From: Minutocellus sp. GHC0000111
Taxonomy: Eukaryota
Reading direction: 5' to 3'
Assembly (NCBI GenBank): GCA_977018835.1
Contig: OZ361261.1
Location: 310,001-374,000, forward strand
Length of the DNA: 64,000 bases
Part shown: in pieces, positions 47,159 through 58,382 of the stretch
How the letters are laid out: each line of letters begins with the position of its first letter
Numbering within the stretch: position 1 is the stretch's first letter
Notes under the pieces: model-generated
Databases searched by the model: none
The model's input: the letters and a program-made list of their open reading frames with translations, nothing else
What the model was told of the DNA's origin: nothing
Program-made: the position numbers and the translations under genes

Positions 47159-47986
47159 CTACTTTGCGGCTCCGGCCTGAAGCAAAGCGTTCCGCACATC
47201 ATCACCGATCGAACGAGACGATGGGACAAAGGTGGTCTTGCAGTGGCCTTCTTGTCCAACATCTCGGATGCAGTCAAAGTACTGAGTCAGGAGCAAAAGG
47301 TCCATGATGTCCTTGGACGAAGTACCCTCCACTCCCTCGCTAAAGTCCACAATCGACGACCGCAGCCCGTCCACAATCGCCTTGCGCTGCTTGGCAACGC
47401 CGACACCGCTGAGGTACTTGGCCTCGGCCTCGGCCTCCGCCCTCTTCACTTGCAGGATCTTGTCACCCTCGGCACGCTCGGCAATGGCAAATTTCAGACG
47501 CTTGGAGGAGTTAATCTCATTCATAGCGTTTTTCACCCGTTGGTCGGGGTCGAGGTCGGTAATGAGCGTCTGGAGGATCTGATATCCATACCGGCTCATG
47601 GTCACGGAGAGGGATTGCTTCACGGCCATAGCCAGATCCTCCTTGGCCTCAAAGACGGCATCGAGCTCGAGGGTGGGGAGCTCCGAGCGGATCACATCGT
47701 AAACGTGGGCGGTAATCTGACGGGTGGGGTTGGACAGGGAGTAAAAGGCCTCGAAAACCTTTTCGTGGAGGATCTGATACTGGACCGACACCACGGCGGT
47801 AATGAAGACATTATCCGACGTTTTTGTCTCCACCCTAACGTCGAGTTGCTGGACACGGAAGGAGAGTCGTCCAACGAGCTGCTCGTAGGGGCAGCAGATG
47901 AATCCCAGGCCGGGCTGGCTGAGGCGACTGTATTTGCCAAACGCCTCGATGACGCCGACCTCGGCGGTTGATATGGTGAAGAGGCA
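47159..47986 (-). CDS. SPFH/band-7 protein, hypersensitive-induced-response (HIR) type; short first exon unresolved upstream
   Basis: RVQQLDVRVETKTSDNVF, EAEAEAKYLSGVGVAKQRKAIVDGLRSS and LLLTQYFD. Confidence 0.88.
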   Translation of the reverse strand, partial: CLFTISTAEVGVIEAFGKYSRLSQPGLGFICCPYEQLVGRLSFRVQQLDVRVETKTSDNVFITAVVSVQYQILHEKVFEAFYSLSNPTRQITAHVYDVIRSELPTLELDAVFEAKEDLAMAVKQSLSVTMSRYGYQILQTLITDLDPDQRVKNAMNEINSSKRLKFAIAERAEGDKILQVKRAEAEAEAKYLSGVGVAKQRKAIVDGLRSSIVDFSEGVEGTSSKDIMDLLLLTQYFDCIRDVGQEGHCKTTFVPSSRSIGDDVRNALLQAGAAK

Positions 47987-48595
47987 CTGTGTGTGGTGAA
48001 GTGTGAGATGAGAAGGAGTTGAGTGAGGCGTGGAACGCAATTCAGCGCAAACGCAAATATCGTCACCGCTTCACTGGACACATCCAAATAGCTCCCCATG
48101 TCTTTAGAGTAGCTCCGCCTATCGACCACCCGGTGGCCGGCCCCTCGTCGACCCGCCGCGCAATCCATCACCGTGCATCTTTCCTGACGGGTTTCAAGTC
48201 CCGCAGCCGTGTCCCCCATGAGAATAATTCATTTCCCGACCTTCCGGCGACCGAACCACCGAACCGCATTACAACCGACAATACCGGATGCAATGCTCAC
48301 CGGGAAGCACATGTTGATCAAGAGAAACGACCGGGGCACCGGGTGGGGAGGGCAAGATACGCCGCCGCTTCGTCAAAATTATGAAGATGCCCCAATGGGT
48401 TGGCTTTCCGGGTTTCCTTTCTTGTGGCTTCCGCTTTAGTCGAGTGATTCGATTCCAAAGATCCGCTCTGCAGCAAGCTCGACGAAAACGCCAATGACTT
48501 GACTGATCGATGCGAAGGCGAGAGAAAGGCGCTCTCGAGCTCTCTGGACGGAGAGAAAACCGAAGAAGGACCACCTTTCCCGCCGACGTCCCATC

Positions 48596-49525
48596 ATGTT
48601 TCATGATAATCTACCGATTATTGACCTTCCCATAGATGCAGATGGGTTGCTCCTGCCGCCATCGCTGGCCAGAGCAACGAAAGTATCGAAAGTAGGAGCG
48701 GCAGCGAACCCGACCCAAGAAAAATACAAGGCCCAAGACAAACATGATTCCTCATTTGGCACGGTTGCCGGTATATTATTACATGCAACGGATTCGAAAA
48801 GCCCACGTCACCCTGGTGCACCGACAAATCATCCACACGGCAAAGATTTTGACTCGAAGAGAAAAGATAATCCTCGTCGTGACACCAGTACCGAGAACCA
48901 TGCGGACTCTTCGAATCAAGGTGCTGATGAACCCGTACAGAAGCGATTCAAAAGCACCGGCCACCCACAGATCACTGACAGCAAAATACGGCTTTATGAA
49001 CAGATAGGGGCGCTCAAGCGACAATCCACGGTGCAAACTAATTATATCTCGAATCTCGAGGCTCAAATTAAGGTATTCGAACAGAAAGAGCTCGCCCAGA
49101 AAATGCAAATGAAGGCTCTTATGGACTCACATCAGCAAGGTATTTTCTTCTTATCACGAGTAATGGCAAAACTTGACGAGCATTGGGCCCTCTACGAAGA
49201 TCAAGTTAAAAACTTCAGAGACAACGAAGCGGCAATGAAGAAAACAATAGCAAGTCTCGAGCAGAAGTTGGAGCAGGTAGGGAGAAACGAGCGGGATGAA
49301 ATACATAGGAAGGAACTCAACTTTCTAGAGCAGATGCAAAGCACAGAGTATCAAAAAGTTGTGCAAGCTATGTCGCTGGAAGCGATGGGCTTGAGGAGGG
49401 AACTGAGCGACTGTAAAGAAGAATTGCGGAGACAACAGATGTTGGTGGAGGCTTATCGGCTGCGCGTCCTCACAGCACCCCCCAAAGAAACAAAAAAGCA
49501 TGAGCATGCCGGCAGATCCGCTTAG
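48596..49525 (+). CDS. Hypothetical coiled-coil protein
   Basis: 309-aa ORF with heptad-rich C-terminal half. Confidence 0.5.
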   Translation: MFHDNLPIIDLPIDADGLLLPPSLARATKVSKVGAAANPTQEKYKAQDKHDSSFGTVAGILLHATDSKSPRHPGAPTNHPHGKDFDSKRKDNPRRDTSTENHADSSNQGADEPVQKRFKSTGHPQITDSKIRLYEQIGALKRQSTVQTNYISNLEAQIKVFEQKELAQKMQMKALMDSHQQGIFFLSRVMAKLDEHWALYEDQVKNFRDNEAAMKKTIASLEQKLEQVGRNERDEIHRKELNFLEQMQSTEYQKVVQAMSLEAMGLRRELSDCKEELRRQQMLVEAYRLRVLTAPPKETKKHEHAGRSA

Positions 49526-49703
49526 TGATATATTCCATTTCATTTTATTACTTTAATAGAATACACACAGTAAACGGATATGTTTTCATTACGGGTACGC
49601 TCCCGTATCTACAAATTCGTCCCCCTCTCATTTCTGGAAATCACGTCTTTGAAATAACTCCCACCTCTTCACTTCGGTTGCTCTTTCGATCCCAGCCTAC
49701 AGA

Positions 49704-51173
49704 CTAAAGTCCCAGCAGCTCCTTGTGCCGGCGCACCCACACTCTGCCAGTATCGATAAGCTCTTTTGTTCGTTGCAGCAATATTCCCAACTATAGGCGT
49801 TCCTGTAAAGTCGACCTCATGCTCGAGGAATTGAATTCTTCCGTTCTGCCCAGACTCAAAGTTGGCATGGTCTCCTGGTTGAGCTTCCTCTGAAGAGTGT
49901 CAATGAGCGCCTTCTGCTCACCAATGTGCTTTGCTTGTTCGTCTACAAGGGCTTTGTTTGCACTTAGCTGCTGTTCTAGAGTTGCAACATGCTTTTCTAG
50001 CTCAGATTGGCGATTTGCTCGTTTCCTGGAGACGACTTCCTCGGCGCTTAACTTTTGCTTGAGAACCGTGATTTCGGTGGAGTTTCTTGTTTTCTTGGGC
50101 GGCCTCCTTGAGGATTGCATTTTGCTTCGTGAGGGCATCAATCTCGAAATCTTCTGATCGAATGATCGAGAACAAAATAACCTGTGATATCATGTAAATT
50201 GTAGCAGAGTTACTAGCGATAGACCACGATCCATCAACACTCTTCTGTAGGAATCGTCCACCTTGATTCTTCACCTTAGATACGATTTTGTAGGCGACGT
50301 TGGTGATATTACCAGATAATTCACTGACTTCCATTGATGAAGCGTGGTGTAGAGAAGCCGACGCAGTGGCAATGAGCTGGGCCAAAAGTTTGTTGCCACA
50401 ATGAGCATCGTAATCGTGGCTTTCCAAGCATAGTACGTCTGTATTACACGGCTGTACTTCTTCAGGCACAGATACCATGGTAGTAACGAAGCTTTTTAAT
50501 TGCGGAACGCCGGGAGGAGAGGCGGCAGTGTCGACAGGATTTGTGCGTGTTGGTACAGCAGTGGCATTCATAAAGTCTGGATCGGTAGTGCAAATGCTAG
50601 CGTCGGATGATTTTCTTTTGTGAGGGATGGCATCGAGGAAGTGGAGAGCGGAACATAGATTTTCATCTTCATTAGCATCTGATTGTGAATCTGGCGCAAC
50701 GAGAGCACTCTTCAAATCTTTCTTTGTACCTTGCCTTACATCCGTACTCGTGCCTGCTGCTGCATTGAGAGCGCTCTTTAAATCTTTCTTTGCGCTCTTC
50801 AGAAAGTCTCGGTAGGAAAAGAATTCGGATACAAGCCTCTGGGCCCCGGGAGTTGTGGGCGCACCAGGGTGGCGAGCCACTGTTGGCACGTTAGTTGCAA
50901 CATCCGTTCGTCGCTTTGCAACTGCGATATTGTGAATAAACGTTGCGAAGCCAATATCTAGCTGCATTGCGAGCACACGGTCCTTTGCGGAGGTATCACT
51001 GACCGCTCGTAGAAGTCCCTTGCGAATATTGTTTGTTTGTAGGCTCGGTGGGCCAATGCTACTTGCACTTGCCGGGCACTTTTCTCAGACGATCCGGACG
51101 ATGTCATTGCCGAATCTTTTCGGCTGGTTGTTGGAGGCGTTACAAGATTTCTTTTCTTGAATGGTAGCGACAT
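49704..51173 (-). pseudogene. DUF6824-like (diatom-expanded) domain plus coiled coil, broken by frameshifts/stop
   Basis: PCNTDVLC..HCGNKLL..IVSKVKNQGGRFLQK..W..ISQ. Coding-like sequence is split over ORFs 50958-51173, 50002-50976 and 49791-50141. Confidence 0.55.
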
Positions 51174-51463
51174 GGCAATGCTGATAGCTTATCTTGTTGG
51201 TTTACTCCTTCTCTGCGTTGTTATGGTTGTTGACATCCGTATCGGCCAACGACAACATTGCAGCAAAAGAGAAGCCCAGCAGGCGAAATGGCGCGGGCCT
51301 CTCGTACTACCGATATACGTACTCCTACGTACCGGTATCGTGTCGTACGAGCCTCGTTGTTACAGGTAAATGGCCGACTTCTTGGCTCAAAGAGAAGAAG
51401 TATCTCTCTTTTGCATCATTGAAAAGTAGAATCCAATAGGTCAGGTCTAATACCTTTATGATT

Positions 51464-52927
51464 TTAAGAATCAAGAAGATCTGTGGCGGCCACATTCATT
51501 GCCGACTGCTTCCTCATCATGAAGCTTCTTCTACCGCCACGACCACGACCACCATTGGTCTTGTGCCTATCGTGTTGAGCCGCTACCTTCTGCGCATCGA
51601 TGAGATCGTGGGCACCTATTGACATGCTCGATCTCATGACAGACTTGCGATCCATCCGCCGACGGAGAGAGCCAGACTGTGACTGCCTGTGACCCGGTCT
51701 GTGTTGACCGACATGGTGCAAGTCTCCGCCGATATCGAAAGAATCTTGTGATTCGTTCGTACCCCTCCTCTCCATCTGGTCGTGCAAGCGTTCTATCAAG
51801 TAGCTATCATCGTCGTTGGAACCAGCGTCATCTCTAGAAAAGTTGCTCTGTCTTCTCCTTGCACTTTCTGCGCTTGACAGGGAGCCTCTAAAACCAGCTT
51901 TATCACTGCCGCTGTTTATGAGTTGAGTGGCAGGTACGTTCATGACGCTTCCTCTCTTCATCAAGCCCTTCCTTCGGTCACTTGTGCGCGCACTATTTCT
52001 GAATTTGCTCCGCTTCGAATGGCTGCTTGCTGTAATGCCACCATCGTCTTCCTCTGCATCAGAGGAATTTCCATCAAGCAACCCGATCCTTTCTTCACTC
52101 CCCTTGGACACATCTTCCTCCTCTACATCCGGCTGTTTTGGTGGAGCAAAGATCACACCAGCCTTCTCCATAATGGATTGCGTGTCAATGTACACATAAT
52201 GCATCAGTTTGGCCGTTGCGAGTAATGCCACAATATGGACAGCGGGGTTGCTGGATATTTTGGACGTAATGACAACGATCAGCTCGCACATAAGAGCATA
52301 GAGAGATCCGACAAAGGTCTTGAACCCGTGGTAGCGCTGCAGGCCCGTCCCACCGAAGAACACCTCCAGGGCATCGTCACGTTCCATGCCCAGTGCCGTT
52401 CGGCCGCACATGGTAATGAGGGAAAATACGAATATGCAGTGCAATCCGCAGACGATTCCGACACTGCCAGTAACCAGAAATATAATGGACATGAGTGCCT
52501 CCAGGAATCGTCCGGAGGAGACGAGGTCCACAACGTCGCCGGGATGATACGAGTCAAATACAGCCACGAGTGTGCCGGCGGTGACGGCCGAGACGACAGC
52601 GTACACTTCCAGACCGTCTAGTCGGACCGTTTTACGGTCCAATCCTTCGTCGGGGTCAATGGCATCCGCTTCGGTCAGAGTGTCCGACACGGCACCACTC
52701 GATATCAAACTCCGACCGCTGGCGGCACGTTGGGGGGTGCCGGTGAACTGCGGAGCCAGACCGAGGGGAGCTGTCCAATCGCGATTGTTGTTGGCGGCAT
52801 ATCGAAGTTCACGTATCGACGAGTTTAGCTCCGAAAGCATATCGAGAGTCCGACGCTGTGTTTCCTCCAGCTGTTGCATCGTGGCCTGGACTTGCATCTG
52901 ATGCATCATATTATTCTGTTGTTGCAC
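51464..52927 (-). CDS. Multi-pass (4 TM) membrane protein of a diatom-type family; 5' end uncertain
   Basis: Four hydrophobic segments with GLEVYAVVSAVTAG, VFSLITMCGRTALG and RYHGFKTF, followed by a disordered C-terminus. Confidence 0.55.
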   Translation of the reverse strand: MQQQNNMMHQMQVQATMQQLEETQRRTLDMLSELNSSIRELRYAANNNRDWTAPLGLAPQFTGTPQRAASGRSLISSGAVSDTLTEADAIDPDEGLDRKTVRLDGLEVYAVVSAVTAGTLVAVFDSYHPGDVVDLVSSGRFLEALMSIIFLVTGSVGIVCGLHCIFVFSLITMCGRTALGMERDDALEVFFGGTGLQRYHGFKTFVGSLYALMCELIVVITSKISSNPAVHIVALLATAKLMHYVYIDTQSIMEKAGVIFAPPKQPDVEEEDVSKGSEERIGLLDGNSSDAEEDDGGITASSHSKRSKFRNSARTSDRRKGLMKRGSVMNVPATQLINSGSDKAGFRGSLSSAESARRRQSNFSRDDAGSNDDDSYLIERLHDQMERRGTNESQDSFDIGGDLHHVGQHRPGHRQSQSGSLRRRMDRKSVMRSSMSIGAHDLIDAQKVAAQHDRHKTNGGRGRGGRRSFMMRKQSAMNVAATDLLDS

Positions 52928-53625
52928 CTGCGCCTGCGTCTGGCCTGCCCTACCCCCCTCCTCCTTGTCAATTTCGCTCGGTGTACCGGCCGAGTCACCA
53001 GAACTTTGTATTATGGAAATGGGGACATCGATGGCCCCATCACTGTGTCGTCGATGGCCATCTTTTCCGTCTACTCGAGAGCTTCGCGGGACGACACCCC
53101 AATCCGCAATTTGGAATTACGAGAGGACCCGAAAGACTTCCTGGATGCAACCGATTTGATGGCAATTCTGCTCCCCTGCTTGCCCAGGTTGTTGAGACTT
53201 CGTATACCAATGGAGCTGGATACCCTCTTCATCGGCATCTTCGCTCACGTGCCATGTACTATTGGGTGAAACTGCTGGCCGTGGAACGGGCTCGGGTACG
53301 GAAAGGCGCGCCAGCAATACAGCTGTAAGTGAGCCGATGATTGGGGTCTGAGTATCGCCGGGCTCAAACTATACAATCGTATGAATGCAAGTCTGGCGTT
53401 TTGTTCTGCTTTTTTTGTATGCGTGGCTATTGAGTGGGACGATCAGTGGTACGGCTGTGAAATGACCGACATGGCATGGCGGATGGCGCCACGGCGACCC
53501 GCAAAATGAAATGACGTGTTTATTTTGTGCGCTTTCTTTCGTTATGATGCCATGCAATCGCCAATTAGAAATGAATGAGCAAAACGTTTACCGGTAGGAA
53601 CCACTAAAGATTTACACATGTACAC

Positions 53626-54564
53626 TCAATCAGAATACACCAACTCATCAACAGCATCTAAAAAGCTGCCTCTTTTGCTGGCATCTCCACCATCGCCAGC
53701 CAAAATCTCGCTGAGCGCCGTCACATCAGACAAAGGCCCACGCGCAAACTTGATCTTCTTTCGAACTTCTTCGGGAAAGAGCGGGGTGAAGAGCTTGGCT
53801 AGAGCTCCGAGCAGACGGGGGAGGTTGAGAAGCAAACTTGGTCCGCTCAGCATTGGGTAAAGCTCGTTGGCTTTCTGGCTGGCCGCGCTCAGCGCCTTGC
53901 GGAAATCGGCGGATCCACCAACAATTTTGATGCCCGACAGATCGTTTGCAGTACAAACGCAAACGAGCCTATCACTTTCAATGCTTCTCTGATTCGCCAC
54001 AGCGGCATTCACTTCCTTGGTCCAAAGGAACCACTTGGACATGTCTTCTACGCCAATTGCATCCATCAAGGCCGTGTCGTCAATACTCGCTGCTCGGATG
54101 CAATAAATCAAATCTCCTGAACGTGACGAAGTAGTAACGATCGAGGCCTCTGTAATGTACTCGTTGACGACTGATGCAAATGGCGCAGCCGATCGCACAG
54201 GATCGTTGTTCCACTTGTCGCCAGACGTGGCCTCTGCAATGGCTGTCTTGGCTGCGTCGCATATCAAACGACCCTCATCTGATGAGCGCCACTTGATGTT
54301 ATCTTCCAGTCTCGACTTCATCTCCTCGTCATCGACGCCCGTCAAGGCATAGCGAAGGTAGAACACGTCGTCATCCGGGGCATCGGATACAATAGCAAGA
54401 GCAGCCTCCTTTAGACATGAAATTTCTTCTGTATTTTCAGATATAAGTGTGGACACTGGCTTCGACGAGAGACTGAAGCCGAACACTTTCATCGGCAGAC
54501 ACCAGCAACTCATAAGTGCCACCATAGCGATTATGGTGGCACGGCACCCCATATTTTGATTCAA
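53626..54564 (-). CDS. CRAL-TRIO/Sec14-like lipid-binding protein, probably plastid-targeted
   Basis: Signal ending VFGF, DDVFYLRYAL..IKWR and YP..LLNLPRLL..LFTPLFPEEVRKKIKF. Confidence 0.65.
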   Translation of the reverse strand: MNQNMGCRATIIAMVALMSCWCLPMKVFGFSLSSKPVSTLISENTEEISCLKEAALAIVSDAPDDDVFYLRYALTGVDDEEMKSRLEDNIKWRSSDEGRLICDAAKTAIAEATSGDKWNNDPVRSAAPFASVVNEYITEASIVTTSSRSGDLIYCIRAASIDDTALMDAIGVEDMSKWFLWTKEVNAAVANQRSIESDRLVCVCTANDLSGIKIVGGSADFRKALSAASQKANELYPMLSGPSLLLNLPRLLGALAKLFTPLFPEEVRKKIKFARGPLSDVTALSEILAGDGGDASKRGSFLDAVDELVYSD

Positions 54565-54827
54565 TAAGTGCTCGTAACTTTAAAAATGGCGAGATGTATC
54601 TTCGGGCGAGCTGCGTAGCTGTGCTCTTGGGCGGGTTTGGGGGTCAAGAAGCTCCTCTTCCGCCGTATCTTTCTTGGATTTGTGGGTTTGCGTGGTCTGG
54701 GAGGCTACGCAACACTCCGAAAGTTAGAAAAATCTCTGCGAGCATCCTTTGCCAATCTTCCTCATTCTGCAATTCAACAAGACAAGAACTCGTCGTTGGG
54801 TGAGAATATCGTACCAACAAATTAACC

Positions 54828-55466
54828 ATGAATCGCGCATCATGCATTGCGCTGGTAATATTCCTTGTGGATAGAGGGGCAAGTGGGTTCTGCCCTGGCA
54901 CTGGCCCCCTGCCTGCCAAAAGTAGCAGCATATCACATGCCACCGAAGAATACGGTTCGGCTGATAATAATCGATGGAGAATAATACAACGGAGATCGAG
55001 ATTATTCCAGCAATCCAACAGCGGGGAAGACCAATCAACCAACAATGATTTAGAAATATCAGACCCGAGGGAGGAACTGGCCCCGCCGGTCTTTTCGCTG
55101 ACAAGAAAGAGCTTGCTGTTCGATGACGGTGCTTCGTCCGACGACGAAGCAGGCAATGACCAGCTGCTCACGTCCGACCTCGGGAAGGAGGCCGGAACTC
55201 TGACCCTGGCATTGTGGTCCGGGGCCAAGTCAGTGCTTCCTCCACTGGTGACAGGCGCCTCCGAAGAAACGTCCGGAGATAAAGACGCATTTGGGTCTCT
55301 GTACAATCTGATTTTTGTCAGGTTGCCGACCTGCTGCATTGGTGCTGCTTATTTTTGGAATTTGGTGCTTGGACACCCTCTCATGATGGATCCGTTTGGT
55401 ACGGGAGCATTTGAAGTTTCACCCATCATCGTACTTGCGGCACTTTGGGCGATCCTGAGGTATTAA
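54828..55466 (+). CDS. Hypothetical plastid-targeted membrane protein
   Basis: Signal ending ASGF and two C-terminal hydrophobic helices. Confidence 0.55.
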   Translation: MNRASCIALVIFLVDRGASGFCPGTGPLPAKSSSISHATEEYGSADNNRWRIIQRRSRLFQQSNSGEDQSTNNDLEISDPREELAPPVFSLTRKSLLFDDGASSDDEAGNDQLLTSDLGKEAGTLTLALWSGAKSVLPPLVTGASEETSGDKDAFGSLYNLIFVRLPTCCIGAAYFWNLVLGHPLMMDPFGTGAFEVSPIIVLAALWAILRY

Positions 55467-55859
55467 TCGAGGCTCCCTTTGTAAGTTCGTCTTACCGATA
55501 CTACTATGCAAATTTTGTCTCACACGTCGGTAGGATCGGATGCTTGATGCTTGCATGCCATGAGATGCACAAACTGTACACAAACACACACTATAAAAAC
55601 GAATAGACTCCAAAGCAGTTGTTTTTTTCTACTACGCATATTCTAGTTAGTGGCGGACGTTGGCTTGTCTTTATCGAAGCTTGGGCCTTCCTATTACTTA
55701 TGAAGGTCGGACGATAAAAATCTCTTACAGATGCTCTGATCAGCCAGGGACCAATTATCTTGACTACAGAAAAGCCCTCCACACCGACCCCCTTAAAGAT
55801 CTGAAGGAAATATCGCCCTCGCGCTTATGCGCCGTGCACCATCATCTACCGACCTCTCT

Positions 55860-56243
55860 CTATGCGAAGGTCTGCTGGCCGGCCTGGGCTTCCTGCTTCT
55901 TTTGGAGTCGGCCCATCATGAATTCATTTGTATCGAGCCACTTGTTGACAGTTGCATGGACGCACGCAGCCTCCTTCCCACTGAGACTATCGCCCGGCCG
56001 GCTTGTGATGCACTTCTCGAAAGCTTTGTCGGTCAAATTGTTAATCACGGTCTGCACCATCATCTGCTGTCGCATCTGCAGCGCAAACTGCTGCATCTCG
56101 TTGCCTCCAACACCAAGGCCTGCCGCGCCACCGGACATTGACATGTCGTTTCCTCCAGTCTCAAACCCACTGGAGGAGTCCGAGAAGGACTGTTCGGCTG
56201 GTGGGGCCGGGTCAGAGTCGCCGCCGCGGTTCCAGAAGGGCAT
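55860..56243 (-). CDS. Small Tim chaperone (Tim8/Tim13 family)
   Basis: QTVINNLTDKAFEKCITSRPGDSLSGKEAACVHATVNKWLDTNEFMMGRL. Confidence 0.8.
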   Translation of the reverse strand: MPFWNRGGDSDPAPPAEQSFSDSSSGFETGGNDMSMSGGAAGLGVGGNEMQQFALQMRQQMMVQTVINNLTDKAFEKCITSRPGDSLSGKEAACVHATVNKWLDTNEFMMGRLQKKQEAQAGQQTFA

Positions 56244-56397
56244 CGTATTTATTTGTCGTGCTCGGCTTGCTTGGAGAATAATTTGGGGACGCGACAGGAG
56301 TGTCGTTGAGCTCATATCCTGATGCTCATCAGCCGCTCACACCGTGCAATTCCAATATTGTTGACTTGTTGTAAATCAAGTCAACGTAGTTGTTAGG

Positions 56398-58335
56398 ATG
56401 GCACTGCATATATCTCTCGCATCGTATCTCCTCCTGTTCCTGTCGTCCGTCGACATCGGTACGAATGCGTTCGTCAACTCGCCGGCATGCAGTAATGCCC
56501 GTGCTCGAAGCAATAGTCAACGATTGCAGCCGATGAAGGCCCATCGTCACCTCCGAAGGGCACGGGCAGGATGCTCTTCGAAGCTTGTGCTACATTTGTC
56601 ATCTGATGAGAGCAATACTGCAACTGCGGAGAACGAAGAGAATGAAGCATCGGTACAAAGCGATCGACCATTCAAACAGTACTTTGCTACATGCGTTCCT
56701 GGGTTGGAGAATGTGCTCGCATCTGAGTTAATGGCGCTGGGTGCATCAAATGTGGAGACATCGGGAAATGCCGGCGTTTCCTTCACCAATTCCCCCTCGG
56801 ATACATTTGACATTGGCCTTCGTTCTCTGCTTTGGCTCCGCACAGCCCATCGTGTCATGGAGCTGATAACAAGTACAATGCCCACGGGGCTGGATCAATA
56901 CGACAATGGAGAGCAGTGCTATGTCTACGACAGTGATGAGTTATACAACTTTGTACGTTCGACCGTTCATGTACAATCTCTCTTGGGCAATGGGCGTGGT
57001 GGACTATTAACTCTGAATGTTCGAGCAACTGCAAATGGACGACTGCCGAAGGAATTATGTCATTCTCACTATTCGAGTTTGACAGTCAAAAATGCCCTGG
57101 TGGATGCCGTGAGAGATTTGAGAGATGATGGAATTCGGCCTGATGTTGATCTTGATGATGCCGATGTACCGTTAGTGGTGGTTCTGAGGGGGCGTGATGG
57201 CAAAAAGGCTGACGTGAGTCTTTATCGAGTGCTCCATTCTGGCGGTAGCTTGCATCGACGTGGATATCGTGGCGGCGACGGTATGGACGAAAGTGGGGTG
57301 GTTCACAAGGCTGCACTCAAGGAAAGTTTGGGTGCTGGCTTGCTTCTCGAAGCCGGATGGGATAAGCTCTGTGCGGCTGCCAAGGAAGATGGCCTGCCGG
57401 CAATTCTTGTCGACCCACAGTGTGGAAGTGCCACACTTCCAGTTGAAGCTGCACTCATTGCAGCCGATATTGCCCCGGGTTTGATGAGAATACGATCGCA
57501 AGCCAAGAGAGGTGGAGATTTCAACCCCCACCAGATGCCGCCTGCAATTAGATGGAGAGATGGCGATGTTGATGAATGGAAATCTTTGCTGGCCGAGGCA
57601 ACTACTCGGGCGAAAGCCGGTCTCGCTTGGATGAAAAGCGACAGCTCTACATATCCTGGACGAAAGAACTGTGAGATATATGCCAACGAATACAATTCAC
57701 GTGCAGCAGAACTTGCCTATGGATGCATATCCAAAGCTGGGTTTTCGGGATCAATTGAACTGAACGAAGGCGATTGTTTGGACTGGGATCTAGGCGGTGA
57801 GAGTGAGGAAAGCGCCGATCGCATCCCTGTCGAGGGACGAACAATCGTTGTTGCAAATCTGCCCTGGGGCAAGCGGTTGTCCGAAGATATTGAGCAGTCT
57901 TGGGAATCTCTCAAAACATTCTTGCGAAGGGAATGTGATGGCGTTGAGGCATGGATATTGTCAGGCAACAAGGATTTGACTCGAATATCACGCATGAAAA
58001 AGACGAAAAGTTTGGTCATTAAAACCGGAGGTGAAGATTTGCGCTGGTTGCAATATCACATCTTCAAAAAAAAGGATGCTTCTATGCTAGATGATTCGAG
58101 CTCTATTGATGATTCTAGGAGCCAGCGTGGTGATGAGGCGCCTCGGCAATCTATGAGAAGAGAAAGCCGCCGGCGTTCTTCAGAATTGCAAGCTCCTCAT
58201 TCAACAGAAAATGAAGGGAGGAGGATGGCATCTACTGTTCGATCGAGGAAACGACCAGCCCCGAAAGTAAGCGCCGGTAGCGGTAGCACGTCAACGGGCA
58301 AGAGAGTCGGGCCGCCCACAGACCCTTGGGACTAG
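56398..58335 (+). CDS. THUMP-domain rRNA m2G methyltransferase (RlmL-like), probably plastid-targeted
   Basis: YFATCVPGLENVLASEL, LWLRTAHRV, GGSLHRRGYR, AALKESLGAGLL, VDPQCGS and ANLPWGKRL; signal ending TNAF. Confidence 0.85.
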   Translation: MALHISLASYLLLFLSSVDIGTNAFVNSPACSNARARSNSQRLQPMKAHRHLRRARAGCSSKLVLHLSSDESNTATAENEENEASVQSDRPFKQYFATCVPGLENVLASELMALGASNVETSGNAGVSFTNSPSDTFDIGLRSLLWLRTAHRVMELITSTMPTGLDQYDNGEQCYVYDSDELYNFVRSTVHVQSLLGNGRGGLLTLNVRATANGRLPKELCHSHYSSLTVKNALVDAVRDLRDDGIRPDVDLDDADVPLVVVLRGRDGKKADVSLYRVLHSGGSLHRRGYRGGDGMDESGVVHKAALKESLGAGLLLEAGWDKLCAAAKEDGLPAILVDPQCGSATLPVEAALIAADIAPGLMRIRSQAKRGGDFNPHQMPPAIRWRDGDVDEWKSLLAEATTRAKAGLAWMKSDSSTYPGRKNCEIYANEYNSRAAELAYGCISKAGFSGSIELNEGDCLDWDLGGESEESADRIPVEGRTIVVANLPWGKRLSEDIEQSWESLKTFLRRECDGVEAWILSGNKDLTRISRMKKTKSLVIKTGGEDLRWLQYHIFKKKDASMLDDSSSIDDSRSQRGDEAPRQSMRRESRRRSSELQAPHSTENEGRRMASTVRSRKRPAPKVSAGSGSTSTGKRVGPPTDPWD

Positions 58336-58382
58336 TTGAAGTAAATTGAAATATAAATACATGCAAAGCTGCTATCGACTTA

